DNA of 64,000 nucleotides, taken from assembly GCF_017348835.2 (NCBI RefSeq), contig NZ_CP071375.1. One strand, written 5' to 3'. The DNA is from Escherichia coli (GTDB lineage: Bacteria; Pseudomonadota; Gammaproteobacteria; Enterobacterales; Enterobacteriaceae). Within the stretch, counting starts at the first letter, position 1. Every line of letters begins with the position of its first letter. Positions 11,421-22,895 of the stretch are shown here, one piece after another. A program made the position numbers and the translations under genes. The notes under the pieces are model-generated. The model was not told where the DNA came from and did no database searches. It saw only the letters and a program-made list of their open reading frames with translations.

Positions 11421-12091
11421 CGTTAAATCAGATATCTTATCGCTGGCCTGGCGCTGCAACGGATTGTCTTTGCGACATTTCTCTGCAACTCAAACAAGGT
11501 GAATGGTTGGCGCTGACCGGTGACAATGGCGCAGGGAAATCGACGCTGTTACGAGTAATGGCAGGTCTTCTTACGCCCACAGCCGGTACGGTTATGCTGC
11601 AACAACAGGCGATGAAAAACCTGAAAAACCGCCAGCGCGCGGCAAAGATTGGCGTACTGTTTCAGGAAGCGGAAAACCAACTTTTTCACAGCACCGTCGC
11701 TGACGAGATCGCATTTGGTTTGAAACTGCAAAAATGCCCGGCGGATGAAATCACTCAACGTACCCATGCTGCCCTGCAATGTTGTCAGTTAGCAGACACT
11801 GCCAGCGCGCACCCGTTGGATCTGCATAGTGCGCAGCGACGGATGGTCGCCGTCGCCTGCCTGGAAGCACTCTCTCCGCCACTATTGCTGCTGGACGAGC
11901 CGAGTCGGGATTTTGACGAAAATTGGTTGAGCGTGTTTGAAAGCTGGCTGGAGAAGTGCCGCCAGCGAGGCACGAGCGTCGTAGCAATCAGTCATGACGC
12001 CGCATTTACCCGGCGTCATTTCTCTCGTGTGGTGCGACTGGAAGATGGTCTAATCAGGAACGTTAATCCACCAGAAGATATTCACCCGTAG
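11414..12091 (+). CDS. ABC ATPase, ECF A' component
   Basis: Walker A GDNGAGKST, Walker B LLLLDEP; start set at internal Met of ORF 11381..12091. Confidence 0.65.
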   Translation: MLTLNQISYRWPGAATDCLCDISLQLKQGEWLALTGDNGAGKSTLLRVMAGLLTPTAGTVMLQQQAMKNLKNRQRAAKIGVLFQEAENQLFHSTVADEIAFGLKLQKCPADEITQRTHAALQCCQLADTASAHPLDLHSAQRRMVAVACLEALSPPLLLLDEPSRDFDENWLSVFESWLEKCRQRGTSVVAISHDAAFTRRHFSRVVRLEDGLIRNVNPPEDIHP

Positions 12092-12776
12092 CGGTCATCA
12101 TTAAGGTCAAATTTGCAGGCAGACTCTCTTCCAGCACCCGGCGAACATTCGGCCCGTCGGTACGGTCATAAAAAGCTTCTGCGTCTGCCAGCGATACCCC
12201 TCCCGCCAGCTTGCGCCCTACCAGTCGTTCCCGCAACGCAGTAGCTGGCGCGTTGATAAAGATCGAGAAATCACAAAATTGCGCAAGCTGGCACCACTTC
12301 TCGTCGTCCAGCAACAACCAGTTTCCTTCGACGATGACGAGTGGTGCGGTAACGTGCAACGCATCTTCAACAGGATCATGCTTTTGTCGATCGTACTGCG
12401 GCCACGTACAATCCCCTTCCACGACATGGCGCAGATTTTCCGCCAGTTTCGCAACGTCAAATGTCTCTGGTGCGCCTTTGAAGGGGCGCAATTGATGCGC
12501 ATCCAGCCAGCTATTGTAATGGTGAAAACCATCCATCGGGAGCGTCTGAATAGCGGGCAGTTCCGGGTCTTGTTGCGCGAGATATTCCCAGAATGTGGTT
12601 AGGGTAGATTTACCCGTCCCCGGCGGAGCGCAAAGAAAAACCACCGTACGCCGCTGCGGATTTACCGTCTGTAAGGCCGCCAGCATACGCAGCAACGGTT
12701 TATGCACGCGTTTAATCTCTTCATCATGGTACTGCGCTTGCACGTTCAGCCCATTCACCGTTAATTCAATTTTCAC
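12063..12776 (-). CDS. yggC: YggC, P-loop kinase-like protein
   Basis: 237-aa ORF with P-loop PPGTGKST; synteny with yggD/yggF. Confidence 0.85.
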   Translation of the reverse strand: MKIELTVNGLNVQAQYHDEEIKRVHKPLLRMLAALQTVNPQRRTVVFLCAPPGTGKSTLTTFWEYLAQQDPELPAIQTLPMDGFHHYNSWLDAHQLRPFKGAPETFDVAKLAENLRHVVEGDCTWPQYDRQKHDPVEDALHVTAPLVIVEGNWLLLDDEKWCQLAQFCDFSIFINAPATALRERLVGRKLAGGVSLADAEAFYDRTDGPNVRRVLEESLPANLTLMMTATGEYLLVD

Positions 12777-12915
12777 GGCGTTAATTCCTTTAAGGTGGTC
12801 GTTACTGCCAGCGTCAGCGCCGTTTTGACCATTCCGCTAAAACGCGCATCTGACCAGACGGCGAAATCGGCGAACTTCATCGCTTTCAACGCGTCATAGA
12901 GCGTCGCATTGCAGG

Positions 12916-13281
12916 TTATGCTATGACGTTGCTGATAAAATCCCAGGTCATGTCATCGGCAAATCCGGGCGTTTCATCCTGTTCGTTCAGGTAATGCCAG
13001 AACTGGGAAAAATGCGTGATATCGGCGTACAGCCATTTATCCATTTTCCCCAGCGCATAAATCAAACGCAGTGCAACATCAATGTCGTCAAGCGGGCCGC
13101 TTTGGGCGAGTAACGGCTTCACTGCATATTCGACGATCTCTTCATCGTTATCGACAAACAGCGACGGCAGAAACTGGCGTATCCCCTGGAGCAAAATAGA
13201 ATGCGCAGTTTTCATAAATGAAAATAAATTGTCCTGTGCATCCAGTTGCTCAAGCACATCATCTTCTGTCAGCGTCGCCAT
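12916..13281 (-). CDS. yggD: YggD, MtlR-like protein (annotated fumE in some databases)
   Basis: 121-aa ORF between yggC and yggF; synteny. Confidence 0.7.
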   Translation of the reverse strand: MATLTEDDVLEQLDAQDNLFSFMKTAHSILLQGIRQFLPSLFVDNDEEIVEYAVKPLLAQSGPLDDIDVALRLIYALGKMDKWLYADITHFSQFWHYLNEQDETPGFADDMTWDFISNVIA

Positions 13282-13302
13282 TGGTCTTCCGATAGATCAC
13301 CA

Positions 13303-14268
13303 TCAATGCAGGGAGTCTATTATATTACACGTTTGGTCCGCGCCGCCGATCAGTAATGTCTGCGTCCGCACCCCATTCGCCGTCTGTTGGATACCGTTCA
13401 CCAACTCGCCGCCCGTGACGCCCGTAGCGCTAAAGAGGATATCGTTCCCCCTTACCAGTTCATCGAGCGAGTACACACGGTTAACGTCAACGCCCATTGC
13501 CTTGCAACGCTTGCGCTCCTGCTCTGCAATCTGCCGATTTTCCGTGTAATCCCCTTTGGCCTGACAAAAGTCAATCAGCTCGGCCTGCATATTCCCGCCT
13601 AATGCTTTAACGGCACAGGCAGAAATCACGCCTTCCGGCGCGCCGCCGATGGTGTACATCACATCGTAAGGATTATCCTGCCAGCAGGTCAGCACGCTGG
13701 CGGCGACATCGCCATCCGGCAGGGCAAAAACCTTCACGCCCAGCTGTGTTGCTTCTTCAATCGCGGCACTCAGACGCGGTTTATCCAGCGTAACCATGCG
13801 CAGCTTGTCCAGCGGTTTACCTAACGCCCGCGCCACGTTACGCAAGTTGTCCGCCAGAGGCAAAGACAGATCAATCGCCCCGGCAGCCAGTCGATTAACA
13901 ACCAGCTTTTTCATATACATATCGGGCGCATGTAACAGGCTATCTCGAGGGGCGAAAGCCATGACCGCCAGCGCATTGCTCTGCCCCATCGCCACCATTC
14001 GCGTGCCTTCGATCGGGTCAACCGCGATATCGACTTCTGGCCCATCGCCTTTGCCCACCTCTTCGCCAATCCACAGCATCGGCGCATGGTCAATTTCTCC
14101 TTCGCCGATAACCACTCGTCCACGAAAAGCGACGTCGTTTAATGCCTGGCGCATCGCGGTGACCGCCAGGCTATCAATTTTATTTTTGTCGCCACATCCG
14201 GTTTGCGGCCAGGCAGCCAACGCTGCCTGTTCCGTAACGCGAAATAATGGCCACGCCAGGGACATCAT
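13303..14268 (-). CDS. yggF: Fructose-1,6-bisphosphatase class II (GlpX paralog)
   Basis: 321-aa ORF, GlpX-family sequence, synteny. Confidence 0.85.
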   Translation of the reverse strand: MMSLAWPLFRVTEQAALAAWPQTGCGDKNKIDSLAVTAMRQALNDVAFRGRVVIGEGEIDHAPMLWIGEEVGKGDGPEVDIAVDPIEGTRMVAMGQSNALAVMAFAPRDSLLHAPDMYMKKLVVNRLAAGAIDLSLPLADNLRNVARALGKPLDKLRMVTLDKPRLSAAIEEATQLGVKVFALPDGDVAASVLTCWQDNPYDVMYTIGGAPEGVISACAVKALGGNMQAELIDFCQAKGDYTENRQIAEQERKRCKAMGVDVNRVYSLDELVRGNDILFSATGVTGGELVNGIQQTANGVRTQTLLIGGADQTCNIIDSLH

Positions 14269-15542
14269 TGCGCGGCCTCCCCGATATCAACGCCAAATTG
14301 TGCCAGCAGATATTTCTCGGCCTGTTCATTCCAGATGCCGTGCGTTTCCTCAACCAGCCGCGCCAACTCTTTAAACAGCGGATCGGTTTTGCCTTTTTCG
14401 GCAAAATCGGCAATGGCAGTGAGCGGCATGGTCACGCCGTTATAAATGAGTTTTTTACCGCCAGGGATATCCGGCAGATTGAGCACGGTTTCTGGCACCG
14501 CATCCAGGCCACCGATATGGGTCACCATAAACGACGGCTGTAACTGCCCAGTGGCGCTAAGGGCAATCGCCTCTTTCATGTCGTCCGTTGAACCGCCGGA
14601 TGTACCGACGACGTGCGTGCTGTTGTAATGAACGTTGTAGAAATTAAACGGCACTTTGAAGTTTTTATCCGTCGGCCCGGCAAAGAAGTTCAGACAGCCA
14701 TCTTCCGCCAGTAATTCATCAGCCATCTCAACGACAGCAGGCACCGCCGCATAAACAAAAATGTCATCGAACCCGGCATCTCCTGTTAGTCCCCGCAGCA
14801 TCTGTACCGGATCGCTCATCCCTTTGGTATTCACATACACCAGCTCAATGCCTTTACTGGCCGCCAGTTCCACCGGCAGCAGCTTCTGTACCTGCGCCAG
14901 ACGTTTGTCGTCGATATCGACCACCACCACCCGCGACGGTTGTATGCCGCCGTTAATGGCGTAATCGATAGCGCCAATGCCCATCGGACCTGCACACGCC
15001 AGCAGTGCAATATTGCCGCCAGGTTTGACGCCCATGCGATGCTCATAAACATATTGCGTGGTGTGATAATTGGCATGATAAGCACCAATAATGCAGCACA
15101 TAGGCTCTGCCAGCGACGCCGCAGCAAAATAAGAGCCGTGATACGGTAATACGCAGCCCAAATTAATGGCGATTTCGGGAATAATCATATAAGTGGCATT
15201 GCCGCCAAAATATTCGTAGCTGTAGCCCGCTGAATATCCGCTTGGTAACCCCATCGCCGGTTGCAATACAAAACGCTGGCCTTTTTTATATTTGCCAGTG
15301 AGATTTTTACCCACTTCGACAATAACCCCGGCACATTCATGCCCGGTAATGACCGGATGATTTTCTAAATCGTCGGGTACGCGTTTATGTTCACTACCGA
15401 GTAACGCCGCTTTCCAGGTGGATAAACAGACGCTGTCAGAAATCACACTCACCAGTAATTCATTATCGGTAATTTCTGGCAGTTCAAATTCGCGCAGACG
15501 GACATCCCGCTTGCCATAAATAGCAGCAACTTTGGTTTTCAT
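14265..15542 (-). CDS. yggP: Zinc-type alcohol dehydrogenase family protein
   Basis: 425-aa ORF with MDR-family motifs (GHECAGVIVEVG); synteny. Confidence 0.8.
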   Translation of the reverse strand: MKTKVAAIYGKRDVRLREFELPEITDNELLVSVISDSVCLSTWKAALLGSEHKRVPDDLENHPVITGHECAGVIVEVGKNLTGKYKKGQRFVLQPAMGLPSGYSAGYSYEYFGGNATYMIIPEIAINLGCVLPYHGSYFAAASLAEPMCCIIGAYHANYHTTQYVYEHRMGVKPGGNIALLACAGPMGIGAIDYAINGGIQPSRVVVVDIDDKRLAQVQKLLPVELAASKGIELVYVNTKGMSDPVQMLRGLTGDAGFDDIFVYAAVPAVVEMADELLAEDGCLNFFAGPTDKNFKVPFNFYNVHYNSTHVVGTSGGSTDDMKEAIALSATGQLQPSFMVTHIGGLDAVPETVLNLPDIPGGKKLIYNGVTMPLTAIADFAEKGKTDPLFKELARLVEETHGIWNEQAEKYLLAQFGVDIGEAAQ

Positions 15543-15556
15543 TTTTACCTCTGTAA

Positions 15557-16945
15557 TCAGTGTTTATGTTCGGCGGTTAATTGATTAAATAAAGTGTCGA
15601 GTTTTGGATCGCCAATATAGTTATTAATCAATATCAGTGGTTTATCCGTCACACGTTTCACGCGCCCTTCCAGACTGGCATGAGTAACGACGATATCCGC
15701 ATCCGCAGGCACGTTTTCTATGGCGTAATGTTTTACTTCAATTGCCAGCCCCGCTTTTTCCAGGCGTTTACGGAAGGTGGTCGCGCCCATCGCACTGGAG
15801 CCCATCCCCGCATCGCAAACAAAGGCGATACGCTTAACCCTGCTTAACGAGAATGCACCCTCTTGTTTCATCGCCTTAACCGCATTGGCTGACTGAGCAA
15901 ACTCATCTTCGCTCTCCGTTTCCACCGTTTTTTCCATCTTCAGTATCAGCGAAGTGATAGCAAAGGACACCAGGGTACCTACCGTAACACCGGCAATTGT
16001 CGCCAGGAACGAACATTTCGGCGTCAGCGCCAGGTAAGCAAAGATAGACCCCGGACTTGGGCCAGCCACCAGACCACCGTCCAGTAAGTTAAACATCCAG
16101 GTGCCAGACATACCGCCCGCAATCATGGCAATAATAGTCAGCGGCTTCATCAGCACATATGGGAAATACAGTTCGTGGATCCCACCGAGGAAGTGAATAA
16201 TCATCGCCCCGGGCGCAGAACGTTTACTCATCCCTTTACCAAACAAGGTAAACGCCAGCAGCAGCCCCAGGCCCGGACCTGGGTTAGAGGCCACCATAAA
16301 GAAGATGGATTTACCGTTAACCGAAGCCTGTTGCATTCCCAGCGGATAATAGACGCCCTGATCGATCGCATTATTAAGGAAAAGCACTTTCGCCGGTTCA
16401 TTGATGACTGACAGCAGAGGCAGATAACCCGCATGTACCAGCGCCTCAATACACTCTTTGACGAAAGTATTGGCAATTAACACCGCCGGGCCGATCACTT
16501 CAAAACCCAGCAGACAAAGGAGCATCCCCGCGATACCTAATGAGAAGTTATTGATAACCATCTCAAAACCGGCAGGTATGCGTTTTTCCAGTGCCTTATC
16601 AACATATTTTATGACCAGCCCACCGAGCGGCCCCATAATCATTGAGCCAAGGAACATCGGGATCTCTGCGCCGACGATCACACCAATAGTACCTATTCCG
16701 CCCATGACCGCGCCGCGTTTACCGCCGACCAGATGACCACCGGTAGAACCAATCATCACGGGCAATAAATAGGTAATCATCGGGCCGACAATTTTGGCGA
16801 AATGTTCGTTAGGCAGCCAACCGGTGGGAATAAATAACGCAGTAATAAAACCCCAGGCAATAAAAGCACCAATATTGGGGATGACCATTGCAGTCAAAAA
16901 GCCCCCAAAAGCCTGGACCTTTGCACGAGCAGACTTGTTTTCCAT
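15557..16945 (-). CDS. cmtA: PTS mannitol-type EIICB, cryptic
   Basis: 462-aa polytopic ORF with C-terminal EIIB-like domain; synteny with cmtB. Confidence 0.85.
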   Translation of the reverse strand: MENKSARAKVQAFGGFLTAMVIPNIGAFIAWGFITALFIPTGWLPNEHFAKIVGPMITYLLPVMIGSTGGHLVGGKRGAVMGGIGTIGVIVGAEIPMFLGSMIMGPLGGLVIKYVDKALEKRIPAGFEMVINNFSLGIAGMLLCLLGFEVIGPAVLIANTFVKECIEALVHAGYLPLLSVINEPAKVLFLNNAIDQGVYYPLGMQQASVNGKSIFFMVASNPGPGLGLLLAFTLFGKGMSKRSAPGAMIIHFLGGIHELYFPYVLMKPLTIIAMIAGGMSGTWMFNLLDGGLVAGPSPGSIFAYLALTPKCSFLATIAGVTVGTLVSFAITSLILKMEKTVETESEDEFAQSANAVKAMKQEGAFSLSRVKRIAFVCDAGMGSSAMGATTFRKRLEKAGLAIEVKHYAIENVPADADIVVTHASLEGRVKRVTDKPLILINNYIGDPKLDTLFNQLTAEHKH

Positions 16946-16972
16946 AATATTATCCTGTAGAGGAGAGAGTAA

Positions 16973-17416
16973 TTATCCGCGGCTGATAATGTCCGCTAAT
17001 TGTTTTTCTGATGATGCTGTTAAGAGTTGTTCGAGTATTTTTTCTTCGCACAGTAATTCACTTAACGCCTGAATAGCGCCAATGTGCGAATCGGCATCGG
17101 CAGCAGAGAGTCCGATGAGTAATTTAATTGGTTCGTCATTCCCCGGAAAATAAACACCTTGTTCAAGTAATGTCAAAGACATCCCGGTTTTAAGCGCCCC
17201 ACATTCCGGTCGCGCATGAGGCATTGCCACGCCTGGTGCGAGAATATAATAAGGGCCATTGTTAATGGTGGAATCTTTAATTGCCTGAATGTAATTCTCG
17301 CTGATATAGTTTTTATCCAGCAATGATACCATCGAGAAATCGATAGCTTCCTGCCAATCTTTTGCTGAATGTATAACTGAGATTGATGATTGTGGAAAAT
17401 AATCACTAAGCCGCAT
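16973..17416 (-). CDS. cmtB: PTS mannitol-type EIIA, cryptic
   Basis: 147-aa ORF with EIIA-Mtl-like motif (LAPGVAMPHARPE). Confidence 0.85.
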   Translation of the reverse strand: MRLSDYFPQSSISVIHSAKDWQEAIDFSMVSLLDKNYISENYIQAIKDSTINNGPYYILAPGVAMPHARPECGALKTGMSLTLLEQGVYFPGNDEPIKLLIGLSAADADSHIGAIQALSELLCEEKILEQLLTASSEKQLADIISRG

Positions 17417-17690
17417 AAATTATCCTTATTTTATTTTTAGGGTACCGTCCGGCGGTAAAAATAAAATACTCGTGCGGTTTAATGAAAGCAATTGAGCAGG
17501 GAAACCGGTGTTTTGAAAACAGTGAATTATTAATTTCTTATATAACATTGAGTTATAGATATAACAACAAATGTCAACACGCATATCGTGATGCATATTA
17601 CATAATTGATATTTATTGCATATAAATATTTGTGATCTACAACACGCTTTATCTATTGCTTGTCCGAAAACGGACATGTCAAGGTAATAA

Positions 17691-17716
17691 AAAAGGTCGC
17701 CGAAGCGACCTTTTTA
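17691..17716. terminator. Bidirectional rho-independent terminator downstream of tktA
   Basis: ggtcgc-cgaa-gcgacc hairpin flanked by A-run and T-run. Confidence 0.6.
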
Positions 17717-17729
17717 CCCAAAATGCTAA

Positions 17730-19721
17730 TTACAGCAGTTCTTTTGCTTTCGCAACAACGTTGTCAACGGTGAAGCCGAACTCTTCAAAGAGTTGCTCTG
17801 CCGGAGCAGATTCACCGAAGGTGGTCATACCGACGATAGCACCGTTCAGGCCAACATACTTGTACCAGTAGTCAGCAATACCCGCTTCCACCGCAACGCG
17901 TGCAGTAACCGCTTTCGGCAGGACAGACTCACGGTAAGCCGCGTCCTGCTTGTCGAATGCGTCGGTAGACGGCATGGAAACCACGCGCGCTTTCACGCCT
18001 TCGGCAGTCAGTTTTTCGTATGCAGCGACAGCCAGTTCAACTTCAGAACCAGTAGCGATGAAGATCAGTTCCGGCTGGCCGGCACAGTCTTTCAGCACAT
18101 AACCACCGCGCGCGATGTTTGCCAGTTGCTCTTCAGTACGCTCCTGCTGCGCCAGGTTCTGACGGGAGAGGATCAGCGCGGTCGGACCGTCCTGACGCTC
18201 AACACCGTATTTCCACGCTACTGCGGATTCAACCTGGTCACACGGACGCCATGTCGACATGTTCGGGGTCACGCGCAGAGAAGCCACTTGCTCTACCGGC
18301 TGGTGAGTCGGGCCATCTTCGCCCAGACCGATGGAGTCGTGGGTGTAAACCATCACCTGACGTTGTTTCATCAGCGCAGCCATACGTACGGCGTTACGTG
18401 CGTATTCCACAAACATCAGGAAGGTGGAGGTGTACGGCAGGAAACCACCGTGCAGGGAGATACCGTTAGCAATCGCGGTCATACCGAACTCGCGAACACC
18501 GTAATGGATGTAGTTACCCGCAGCATCTTCGTTGATTGCTTTAGAACCAGACCACAGAGTCAGGTTAGACGGTGCCAGGTCAGCAGAGCCGCCGAGGAAT
18601 TCCGGCAACAGCGGGCCGAACGCTTCAATAGCATTCTGAGACGCTTTACGGCTGGCGATTTTCGCCGGATTAGCCTGCAGTTTAGCAATGAACTCTTTCG
18701 CTTTCGCGTCGAAATCAGACGGCATTTCGCCTTTCATACGGCGGGTAAATTCAGCGGCTTCCTGCGGATAAGCTTTGGCGTAAGCAGCGAATTTCTCGTT
18801 CCATGCGGATTCTTTCGCCTGGCCTGCTTCTTTCGCATCCCACTGCGCATAGATTTCAGACGGGATTTCGAACGGCGCGTATTTCCAGCCCAGCTGTTCG
18901 CGGGTCAGGGCAATTTCAGCGTCGCCCAGCGGCGCACCGTGGGAGTCGTGGGTACCGGCTTTGTTCGGGGAACCGAAACCGATGATGGTTTTGCACATCA
19001 GCAGGGACGGTTTGTCAGTCACTGCACGCGCTTCTTCAACTGCGCGTTTGATAGATGTCGCGTCATGGCCGTCGATGTCGCGAATAACGTGCCAGCCGTA
19101 AGCCTCGAAACGCATTGCGGTGTCGTCGGTGAACCAGCCTTCAACGTGACCATCGATAGAAATACCGTTGTCATCGTAGAATGCAATCAGTTTACCCAGC
19201 TTCAGCGTACCCGCCAGAGAGCAAACTTCGTGGGAGATGCCTTCCATCATGCAGCCGTCGCCCATGAAGGCGTAGGTGTAGTGGTCGACAATGTCGTGGC
19301 CCGGACGGTTAAACTGCGCCGCCAGCGTTTTTTCTGCAATCGCCATACCGACTGCGTTGGCAATACCCTGACCCAGCGGACCGGTGGTGGTTTCCACACC
19401 AGCGGTGTAACCCACTTCCGGGTGGCCCGGAGTTTTAGAGTGCAGCTGACGGAAGTTTTTCAGTTCTTCCATCGGCAGATCGTAACCGGTGAGGTGCAGC
19501 AGGCTGTAGATCAGCATGGAGCCGTGGCCGTTGGACAGCACGAAGCGGTCACGGTCAGCCCAGGACGGATTCTGCGGGTTGTGTTTCAGGAAATCACGCC
19601 ACAGGACTTCGGCAATGTCAGCCATACCCATAGGGGCACCCGGATGACCGGATTTGGCTTTCTGTACTGCGTCCATGCTCAGCGCACGAATAGCATTGGC
19701 AAGCTCTTTACGTGAGGACAT
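17730..19721 (-). CDS. tktA: Transketolase 1
   Basis: ORF 17730..19751 trimmed to [32 protein letters not shown]... (663 aa). Confidence 0.95.
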   Translation of the reverse strand: MSSRKELANAIRALSMDAVQKAKSGHPGAPMGMADIAEVLWRDFLKHNPQNPSWADRDRFVLSNGHGSMLIYSLLHLTGYDLPMEELKNFRQLHSKTPGHPEVGYTAGVETTTGPLGQGIANAVGMAIAEKTLAAQFNRPGHDIVDHYTYAFMGDGCMMEGISHEVCSLAGTLKLGKLIAFYDDNGISIDGHVEGWFTDDTAMRFEAYGWHVIRDIDGHDATSIKRAVEEARAVTDKPSLLMCKTIIGFGSPNKAGTHDSHGAPLGDAEIALTREQLGWKYAPFEIPSEIYAQWDAKEAGQAKESAWNEKFAAYAKAYPQEAAEFTRRMKGEMPSDFDAKAKEFIAKLQANPAKIASRKASQNAIEAFGPLLPEFLGGSADLAPSNLTLWSGSKAINEDAAGNYIHYGVREFGMTAIANGISLHGGFLPYTSTFLMFVEYARNAVRMAALMKQRQVMVYTHDSIGLGEDGPTHQPVEQVASLRVTPNMSTWRPCDQVESAVAWKYGVERQDGPTALILSRQNLAQQERTEEQLANIARGGYVLKDCAGQPELIFIATGSEVELAVAAYEKLTAEGVKARVVSMPSTDAFDKQDAAYRESVLPKAVTARVAVEAGIADYWYKYVGLNGAIVGMTTFGESAPAEQLFEEFGFTVDNVVAKAKELL

Positions 19722-19998
19722 TTTGACTCCAGATCGGATGATGAAGGGCACGCCCTTAACGACTTGACGACAGCGCGTTTTGGGCTACGCCGGAAAATTT
19801 GCCAACAATTTACCGCAAGCCGCGCGTCATGTACATGGAACATCCTTTTGCCGCTTCAGAAATCTCTGGATCATGCTCGCATGTTGCGCAATCTACTCGC
19901 CCGTCCGCTGCGCTTTTCCTTATACTGAGACTGAGCGTCGGTTCACCTGCAAACGGCGCATTTTTAGAATAATCCTGACCTTGTGCGGAAGAAAAAAC

Positions 19999-20757
19999 AT
20001 GAAAATTCGCGCCTTATTGGTAGCAATGAGCGTGGCAACGGTACTGACTGGTTGCCAGAATATGGACTCCAACGGACTGCTCTCATCAGGAGCGGAAGCT
20101 TTTCAGGCTTACAGTTTGAGTGATGCGCAGGTGAAAACCCTGAGCGATCAGGCATGTCAGGAGATGGACAGCAAGGCGACGATTGCGCCAGCCAATAGCG
20201 AATACGCTAAACGTCTGACAACTATTGCCAATGCGCTAGGCAACAATATCAACGGTCAGCCGGTGAATTACAAAGTGTATATGGCGAAGGATGTGAACGC
20301 CTTTGCAATGGCTAACGGCTGTATCCGCGTCTATAGCGGGCTGATGGATATGATGACGGATAACGAAGTCGAAGCGGTGATCGGTCACGAAATGGGGCAC
20401 GTGGCGTTAGGCCATGTGAAGAAAGGGATGCAGGTGGCACTTGGTACAAATGCCGTGCGAGTAGCTGCGGCCTCTGCGGGCGGGATTGTCGGAAGTTTAT
20501 CTCAATCACAACTTGGTGATCTGGGCGAGAAATTAGTCAATTCGCAATTCTCCCAGCGCCAGGAAGCAGAAGCCGATGATTATTCTTACGATCTTCTGCG
20601 CCAACGCGGCATCAGTCCGGCAGGTCTTGCCACCAGCTTTGAAAAACTGGCAAAACTGGAAGAAGGTCGCCAAAGCTCAATGTTTGACGACCATCCAGCA
20701 TCCGCCGAACGCGCCCAGCATATTCGCGATCGCATGAGCGCGGATGGGATTAAGTAA
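19999..20757 (+). CDS. loiP: Metalloprotease LoiP (YggG), M48 family
   Basis: ORF 19780..20757 trimmed to MKIRALLVAMSVATVLTGCQ (lipobox); HEMGH zinc motif. Confidence 0.85.
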   Translation: MKIRALLVAMSVATVLTGCQNMDSNGLLSSGAEAFQAYSLSDAQVKTLSDQACQEMDSKATIAPANSEYAKRLTTIANALGNNINGQPVNYKVYMAKDVNAFAMANGCIRVYSGLMDMMTDNEVEAVIGHEMGHVALGHVKKGMQVALGTNAVRVAAASAGGIVGSLSQSQLGDLGEKLVNSQFSQRQEAEADDYSYDLLRQRGISPAGLATSFEKLAKLEEGRQSSMFDDHPASAERAQHIRDRMSADGIK

Positions 20758-20764
20758 AGCCTGG

Positions 20765-20950
<186 letters not shown>

Positions 20951-20962
20951 CGCATCTGGTGC

Positions 20963-21883
20963 TTACTCGCCCTTTTTCGCCGCCTGAATATACAGCATCT
21001 CCAACGCCAGCGTCGCTGCTGCCAGAGCGGTGATTTCCGACTGATCGTATGCCGGAGCCACTTCCACTACGTCCATCCCAACGATGTTGAGATCTTTCAG
21101 GCCGCGTACCAGTTTAATGGCGCGATCGGAGGTCAGACCGCCAATTACCGGCGTACCGGTTCCCGGCGCAAATGCAGGATCCAGGCAGTCGATATCAAAG
21201 GTCAGGTAAACCGGCATATCACCCACAATTTGTTTCACCTGGGCGATAACGTCATCCACGCTGCGATCGTTCACCTGGCAGGCGTCCAGCACGGTAAAGC
21301 CGTTGTCTTTATCAAATTCGGTACGAATACCAATCTGCACGGAATGATTCGGGTCGATCAGACCTTCTTTCGGCGCGGTATAGAACATGGTGCCGTGGTC
21401 AAATTCACAACCGTTAGCGTAGGTATCGGTGTGGGCATCAAAGTGTACCAGCGCCATTTTGCCGAAATGCTTCGCATGTGCACGCAGCAGCGGCAACGTA
21501 ACAAAGTGGTCACCACCGAAGGAGAGCATACGCTTACCGGCAGCCAGCAGCTTCTCGGCGTGTGCCTGCAGTTTTTCGCTCATCTCACGGGCATCGCCGA
21601 AGGCATATACCAGATCGCCGCAGTCCACCACGTTCAGACGCTCGCGCATGTCGAAATTCCACGGGAAGCGGTTGTGTTCCCAGGCCAGGTTAGTCGAAAC
21701 CTGGCGAATCGCCGCCGGGCCGTGACGACCACCGGCACGGCCAGAGGTGGCCATGTCGAACGGCACGCCGGTGATCACCCAGTCGGCATCGCTGTCATAC
21801 GGCTGGAAGTTCATCGGCAGGCGTAAAAAACCAAAGGCGTTGGAAACCAGTGAGTTATCGTATTGATGACCTAAGGTGCTCAT
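20963..21883 (-). CDS. speB: Agmatinase
   Basis: 306-aa [29 protein letters not shown]..., arginase-family motifs. Confidence 0.95.
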   Translation of the reverse strand: MSTLGHQYDNSLVSNAFGFLRLPMNFQPYDSDADWVITGVPFDMATSGRAGGRHGPAAIRQVSTNLAWEHNRFPWNFDMRERLNVVDCGDLVYAFGDAREMSEKLQAHAEKLLAAGKRMLSFGGDHFVTLPLLRAHAKHFGKMALVHFDAHTDTYANGCEFDHGTMFYTAPKEGLIDPNHSVQIGIRTEFDKDNGFTVLDACQVNDRSVDDVIAQVKQIVGDMPVYLTFDIDCLDPAFAPGTGTPVIGGLTSDRAIKLVRGLKDLNIVGMDVVEVAPAYDQSEITALAAATLALEMLYIQAAKKGE

Positions 21884-22018
21884 GGATGGACTCCTATTAC
21901 AAAGTCGATATAAAAAAACCCTTCCGCGTCGTTAGGCCCGACGAGGAAGGGTTGGATTTGCGAAACACAAGTTTGTGCTAATTATCGCCTTAAATGGGCG
22001 AGGCATCAAGCGAGGTTG

Positions 22019-22750
22019 CTATTTCCGACACGGTGGCGGCGCATAGCCATTGTTGTCCGCCGGAAACGCTTGTCCAGAGCACGGCGGCAGCGCGTTTTGC
22101 GCCTGGCCTTGTAATTCAAAGGCGGCAAAGCCGATTACACCGGTATTACGCACATCGCCTTGCGCCGAATTGGCTGCGTAGGAATCAGCAACGTTGGCGA
22201 ACTGAAAAGCCGCTTCGGTATGTTTATCTTTGCGGAATCCTTTAATCGCTAACGAATCTCCGGCATTCACAATATAGCCGTTGTTATTCAGCGAACCTTG
22301 CTTGCCGTTCAGCACATCCAGGCCATCAACCGTAGCAACGATCTCGTAGTTGGTGTTACGACTGTAATTACGAACATATAATTGATAATTCATTCCGACT
22401 CTGGCATGGACAATATAGCGTGGTTCATTATTTGATGAATCATAAACCCGCGTAATAGGTAGAGAATTAAAATTACCATCGCGAATAGCATATTCCAGTT
22501 CGTTAATACGAATGCTATAAACGCGGTCGTAGCCGGAAGGAACATTAGTCGAATAACTAATAACGATCATCTCTGCAGGATCGCGCCAGGCTCGTTCAGC
22601 AGATACGCCCTGAACCGATGAGTGCACATCCCCACCCCAGGCGGTGCCGACATTGCCCGATGCACTGCTATTATACTGCGCATTACTGGAACAACCGGCC
22701 AGCAGCACGACTAATGCTATCAACGCGCTACGTACTTTCCATTTTTTCAT
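22019..22750 (-). CDS. Putative lipoprotein, accessory
   Basis: 243-aa ORF; signal peptide plus lipobox LLAGCSS; Asn/Ser/Tyr-rich; sits between speB and speA. Confidence 0.55.
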   Translation of the reverse strand: MKKWKVRSALIALVVLLAGCSSNAQYNSSASGNVGTAWGGDVHSSVQGVSAERAWRDPAEMIVISYSTNVPSGYDRVYSIRINELEYAIRDGNFNSLPITRVYDSSNNEPRYIVHARVGMNYQLYVRNYSRNTNYEIVATVDGLDVLNGKQGSLNNNGYIVNAGDSLAIKGFRKDKHTEAAFQFANVADSYAANSAQGDVRNTGVIGFAAFELQGQAQNALPPCSGQAFPADNNGYAPPPCRK

Positions 22751-22895
22751 AACCGTTCCCTCTGCATTTAATTAATGCAGCGATTGTAGGGAGATTATTT
22801 AATAAGAAAAGCAGCTAGATTATTTTTAAGAATATATAAAAAGAAAGCGGGCCGATTTACGTAAATAAATCGACCCGCCAGCAGAATAATCTCAA

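Noticed and set aside
17793-19715. 640-aa plus-strand ORF antisense to tktA, and similar long antisense ORFs opposite fbaA (5318..6292), pgk (6894..7592), ansB (38665..39711) and metK (25820..26440)
   Set aside because: They lie entirely inside well-supported conserved genes on the other strand and have Arg/Val/Phe-rich low-complexity translations typical of antisense frames.
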